Shown here in pieces: positions 60,558-64,000 of a stretch of DNA of 64,000 nt. This stretch comes from Candidatus Nealsonbacteria bacterium (GTDB lineage: Bacteria > Patescibacteriota > Minisyncoccia > Minisyncoccales > MHMH01). Each line of letters begins with the position of its first letter. Within the stretch, counting starts at the first letter, position 1. Below the pieces are notes generated by a model. It did not search any database. It saw only the letters and a list, made by a program, of their open reading frames with translations, and was not told where the DNA came from. The stretch lies in assembly GCA_016188865.1 (NCBI GenBank), contig JACPGX010000001.1, positions 141,197-205,196 on the forward strand. The letters are read 5' to 3'. The translations under genes and the position numbers were made by a program.

Positions 60558-63228
60558 TTGAATCGCTGGGAGTTCTAAAAATCACTTTTTCTCCATCGGC
60601 GTCAATAACCACCCTGTCTTTCTCTGTAATCTGGCCGGTAACAATTCTCAAGGCTAAAGGATCCAAAACTAATTTTTGGATAACTCTTTTCAAGGGCCTT
60701 GCTCCCAAATTTTGGTCAAAGCCTTTTTCTGCTAGAAGTTCTTTAGCCGGCTGGCTAACTTTAATTTCAATTCCTTTTTGTAAAAGCCGATCTGCCACTT
60801 TCTTCAGCTCGAGTTCAACAATTTCTCTGATTTCCGGTTTGCCCAAATGATTAAAAATAACAATTTCATCTATTCTATTTAAAAATTCCGGCTTAAAGTT
60901 ATCGCGCAAAGCTTCCATAACTTTATCTCTTAAATCCTGTTTTTCTTCTTCGGCTTTATTGTTGCCTAAAAATCCCAAAGAGCTCATTTTGGCAATATGT
61001 TCTGAGCCAAGATTGGAAGTCATAATCAAAATAGTATTTTTAAACGAGGCTGTTCTGCCTTTAGCGTCTGTTAATCTGCCGTCTTCCAAAATCTGCAAAA
61101 GAATATTAAAGACTTCGGGGTGAGCCTTTTCAATTTCATCAAAAAGAATAACAGCATAAGGCCTTCTTCTTATTTTTTCAGTCAGCTGGCCGCCTTCCTC
61201 ATAGCCCACATAGCCGGGCGGAGAGCCTATAATTTTAGAAACCGTATGCTTTTCCATATATTCTGACATATCCAGCCGAACTAAGGCCTTCTCATCGTTA
61301 AATAAAAACTCAGCCAAGGCCCTGGCGGTTTCAGTTTTGCCCACTCCTGTCGGGCCCAAAAAGATGAAAGAGCCCATTGGTTTTGATTCTTCAGAAATAC
61401 CTGCCCGCGACCTGCGAATAGCGTTAGAAACTGCCATAATTGCCTCTTTTTGGCCGATAACTCTCTTTGCCAAGATATCCTCCATTTTCTCCAATTTTCT
61501 TGCTTCCTCCTCTATAAGCCGCATTACTGGAATGCCTGTCCAGCGAGAAACAACCCTGGCTACATCTTCTTCTGACACTTCTTCTTTTAAGAGACGATTC
61601 TTTTTCTGAAAAGCAGTCAGCTCTTTTTCTTTTTTCTGAATATCTTTTAAGAGCATGGGCACTTTGCCGTATTTAATTTCGGCCACTTTCTGCAAATCTC
61701 CTTCTCTTTGCAGGGCCTCTGCTTGAAAATTCACATCCTCCATTTCTTTTCTCATAGCTCTTATGCTTTGAATCAAATCTTTTTCGGTTTTCCACTTAAG
61801 TTCTAAATTTTTTGCTTTTTCTCCTAAATCAGCTAAAGACCTGTCAATGATAGTAATTTTTCTTTTTAACAAAGGGGACGGCTTCTCTGATTTTAAAGCC
61901 GCTTTTTCAATTTCCAATCTTTGGATTTCCTGCTTTAATTCTTCCAATTCCGAGGGCTCTGATTCAATTTCCAAACGCAAGGCAGAAGCAGCTTCATCCA
62001 TTAAATCTACGGCTTTATCCGGCAAAAATCTGTCGGTGATATAGCGCGAGGCAAGCTCGGCGGCTGCCACAATGGCTGAATCTTTTATTTTTACGCCGTG
62101 GTGAACTTCGTATTTTTCTTTTAAGCCCCTTAAAATGGCGATGGCGTCTTCTACTGACGGTTCTGAAACATAAATTGGCTGAAATCTTCTTTCCAGAGCC
62201 GGATCTCTTTCGATATATTTTTGATATTCTTTGAGCGTAGTGGCTCCAATGGCCTTTAATTCGCCTCTGGATAAAGCCGGCTTCAGCAAATTAGAAGCGT
62301 CAATAGCGCCTTCAGCGGCTCCTGCCCCCACTAAGGTATGAAGCTCGTCAATAAATAAAAGATAACGGCCGCCAGCCCTGCTTAGCTCTTTTAAAAGGGC
62401 TTTTATTCTGTCTTCAAACTCCCCTCGGTATCTGGTGCCAGCTATCATAGCACCCAAATCAAGGGCAATAATTTCTTTGTTTCTAATGGATTCCGGAACG
62501 TCTCCCTTGATGATTTTCTGAGCCAAACCTTCGACAACGGCTGTTTTGCCCACGCCAGCTTCGCCGATTAATACAGGATTATTTTTAGTTCTACGAGAGA
62601 GCACCTGCATTAATCTGCGAATTTCGTTGTCTCTGCCGATAACCGGATCTAATTTTCCTACCCTTGCCAATTGAGTGAGATTTCTGGCATACCTTTCAAT
62701 GACCTGATATTTTGATTCTGGCTCAGGATCGGTAATTCTTGTTCCGCCCCTGATTTGAGATAAAATTCTAAGCGCTTCTTGATAATTTAACCTGCCCGAT
62801 TCTAAGGAAGCTATTCCTCCGCCAGATTGCAAAAAATTGGCTTTTTCTAAAATTTCCTTAGCTTTGGTATCGGTATCCAATAATGCTAAAAACATATGCT
62901 CTACCGAAATAAACTCGTCGGACATTTTCATTGATTCTTGACGGGCTCTGTCTAAAACTTTAGCCATATCTTGAGTCAGGTAAAACTGGCCGAAAGTTTG
63001 CGGAGTGGCGATGACGGGAAGCCTTTCTAGCGCTGATTGAGCTTTCCTCTTTAATCCTTCAACGTCAACTCCTAATTTCTGGAGCAATGTTAAAACCACG
63101 CTTCCTTCCTGCGACATTAAAGCCAAAAGCAAATGCAGGGCGTCAATTTGCTGCTGCCCCCTTTCTCTGGCTATGTCTTGCGCCACCAAAACAGCTTCCT
63201 GCGCTTTGTGAGTAAAATTGCCGTTCAT
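60544..63228 (-). CDS. clpB: ATP-dependent chaperone ClpB (two AAA+ modules plus coiled-coil M-domain)
   Basis: Clp N-domain [37 protein letters not shown]. Walker A motifs [15 protein letters not shown] and [15 protein letters not shown]. There is a long coiled-coil middle region. Confidence 0.9.
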   Translation of the reverse strand: MNGNFTHKAQEAVLVAQDIARERGQQQIDALHLLLALMSQEGSVVLTLLQKLGVDVEGLKRKAQSALERLPVIATPQTFGQFYLTQDMAKVLDRARQESMKMSDEFISVEHMFLALLDTDTKAKEILEKANFLQSGGGIASLESGRLNYQEALRILSQIRGGTRITDPEPESKYQVIERYARNLTQLARVGKLDPVIGRDNEIRRLMQVLSRRTKNNPVLIGEAGVGKTAVVEGLAQKIIKGDVPESIRNKEIIALDLGAMIAGTRYRGEFEDRIKALLKELSRAGGRYLLFIDELHTLVGAGAAEGAIDASNLLKPALSRGELKAIGATTLKEYQKYIERDPALERRFQPIYVSEPSVEDAIAILRGLKEKYEVHHGVKIKDSAIVAAAELASRYITDRFLPDKAVDLMDEAASALRLEIESEPSELEELKQEIQRLEIEKAALKSEKPSPLLKRKITIIDRSLADLGEKAKNLELKWKTEKDLIQSIRAMRKEMEDVNFQAEALQREGDLQKVAEIKYGKVPMLLKDIQKKEKELTAFQKKNRLLKEEVSEEDVARVVSRWTGIPVMRLIEEEARKLEKMEDILAKRVIGQKEAIMAVSNAIRRSRAGISEESKPMGSFIFLGPTGVGKTETARALAEFLFNDEKALVRLDMSEYMEKHTVSKIIGSPPGYVGYEEGGQLTEKIRRRPYAVILFDEIEKAHPEVFNILLQILEDGRLTDAKGRTASFKNTILIMTSNLGSEHIAKMSSLGFLGNNKAEEEKQDLRDKVMEALRDNFKPEFLNRIDEIVIFNHLGKPEIREIVELELKKVADRLLQKGIEIKVSQPAKELLAEKGFDQNLGARPLKRVIQKLVLDPLALRIVTGQITEKDRVVIDADGEKVIFRTPSDSNVSV

Positions 63229-63235
63229 ATTTTTT

Positions 63236-63244
63236 AATTTAACA
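63236..63244 (-). promoter_or_regulatory. Extended -10 candidate, TGTTAAATT, 7 nt from the clpB ATG
   Basis: The minus strand reads TTTTATGTTAAATTAAAAAATATG. Confidence 0.35.
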
Positions 63245-63252
63245 TAAAATAT

Positions 63253-63612
63253 TTAAAAAATCAATGGCCAAAATATCAAAACTCCTATAATAACTGACGC
63301 AATGGAAGCAATCAACACAATGCCTGCCAGCATGTCTTTAATGATTTTAATCCGGCCGTCTATATTGGGATGAATAAAATCCAAAAATTTTTCAACTATT
63401 GAATTAACCACTTCCAAAGTCAAAACCAAGGTAATTATCATAAACAAAACGGCTTTTTGCGTCAGCGACAAATTAAAATAAAACATAGCGGCTGTCACCA
63501 AAGCCGCGATATAAAGCATAATACGAAAAGGCTGTTCTTCCTTGAAAATCGTTTTTATGCCCGAAAAAGCAAATCTAAAACTCGCAACTAACTTTTTAAA
63601 ATTAATAAACAT
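63253..63612 (-). CDS. dgkA: Diacylglycerol kinase family protein (DgkA-like)
   Basis: FRFAFSGIKTIFKEEQPFR and LTLEVVNSIVEKFLDFIHP fit the prokaryotic DAGK pattern. The start is moved to the ATG at 63612 because the tracked ATG at 63660 lies inside a terminator-like hairpin. Confidence 0.65.
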   Translation of the reverse strand: MFINFKKLVASFRFAFSGIKTIFKEEQPFRIMLYIAALVTAAMFYFNLSLTQKAVLFMIITLVLTLEVVNSIVEKFLDFIHPNIDGRIKIIKDMLAGIVLIASIASVIIGVLIFWPLIF

Positions 63613-63639
63613 ATTCAAATATATCTTAGTCTTTTTGTG

Positions 63640-63675
63640 GAAAAAAATAAAGAAGCTCATTTTATATGAGCCCCT
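63640..63675 (-). terminator. AT-rich terminator-like hairpin
   Basis: The minus strand reads GGGGCTCAT-ATAAA-ATGAGCTTC followed by TTTATTTTTTT. Confidence 0.45.
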
Positions 63676-63696
63676 TGATAATGAACGTCTACGAAC

Positions 63697-64000
63697 TCAA
63701 TCTTTTCTTAACCGATGATCTACCCAGATACCGAATATGTAATTTGACGTGATATATGCCTTCTGTTGTTTCTCAATATACCAAGATACTATCTCTAATT
63801 CCGGATGCGCATTTTCAAATGCGGTGAGAACGCCAAGGATTGTTGAAATATGTTCAGAAGGATTTCCGCTAATATTGAGTGGAATATAAGAACGATTGCC
63901 GATAGTTTGCACGACACTCATGTCATATTGCTGCTCACCAGGCTCAAGCTCAACCGGCGGTTTTAACGTCGACGGCCCGCACCCGGTAAATGCAATCAAC
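63697..64000 (-). CDS. Probable lipoprotein, 5' end beyond the window
   Basis: The ORF is open to the window edge. A lipobox-like AFTGC occurs near the visible N-terminus. I recognised no family. Confidence 0.45.
   Translation of the reverse strand, partial: LIAFTGCGPSTLKPPVELEPGEQQYDMSVVQTIGNRSYIPLNISGNPSEHISTILGVLTAFENAHPELEIVSWYIEKQQKAYITSNYIFGIWVDHRLRKD

Overview
This is a gene-dense, AT-rich bacterial window (roughly 35-40% GC by eye). It holds about 64 CDS, all but one on the minus strand, and many are joined by 4-nt ATGA-type overlaps. I saw no rRNA, tRNA or CRISPR array. (1) 1-46.5 kb is one very large cell-surface glycan island. It contains 8 GT4-like, 3 GT2 and 1 GT9 (heptosyl-type) glycosyltransferases. 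It has 3 polytopic GT-C-like membrane proteins plus two small ArnE/F-like DMT proteins. It has 4 DegT-family enzymes (one a His-for-Lys 3-dehydratase type), 6 SDR dehydratases/epimerases and a short UDP-glucose-dehydrogenase-family protein. It also carries an NDP-heptose block (aldolase, cupin, kinase, adenylyltransferase), 5 radical SAM enzymes (3 with B12-type N-domains), about 5 methyltransferases, a CE4 deacetylase and a FemAB-like transferase. (2) 47.7-54.8 kb encodes three secreted surface proteins (509, 345 and 1425 aa) that share a shuffled coiled-coil plus peptidoglycan-binding module and Pro/Thr-rich linkers. (3) 55-59 kb holds a regulator / ECF-sigma / anti-sigma-like operon, a PP2C phosphatase and a NUDIX hydrolase. 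(4) 59-64 kb is housekeeping: an HtrA-like protease, ClpB and DgkA. The glycan island is interrupted at 14.78-15.54 kb by an IS200-like/RAYT tyrosine transposase flanked by two identical palindromes. The most unusual signal is a set of short GC-rich nested palindromes, several built around the same GTCCGAC core as the RAYT flanks, that lie inside coding sequences without breaking the frame. One 42-nt element occurs in two unrelated genes and is read in two different frames. Other points worth a second look are a poly-C tract in a surface-protein promoter spacer, near-leaderless promoter geometry at several genes, and some unusual domain fusions. The gene content suggests an uncultivated Patescibacteria/CPR-like genome, but that is inference only.
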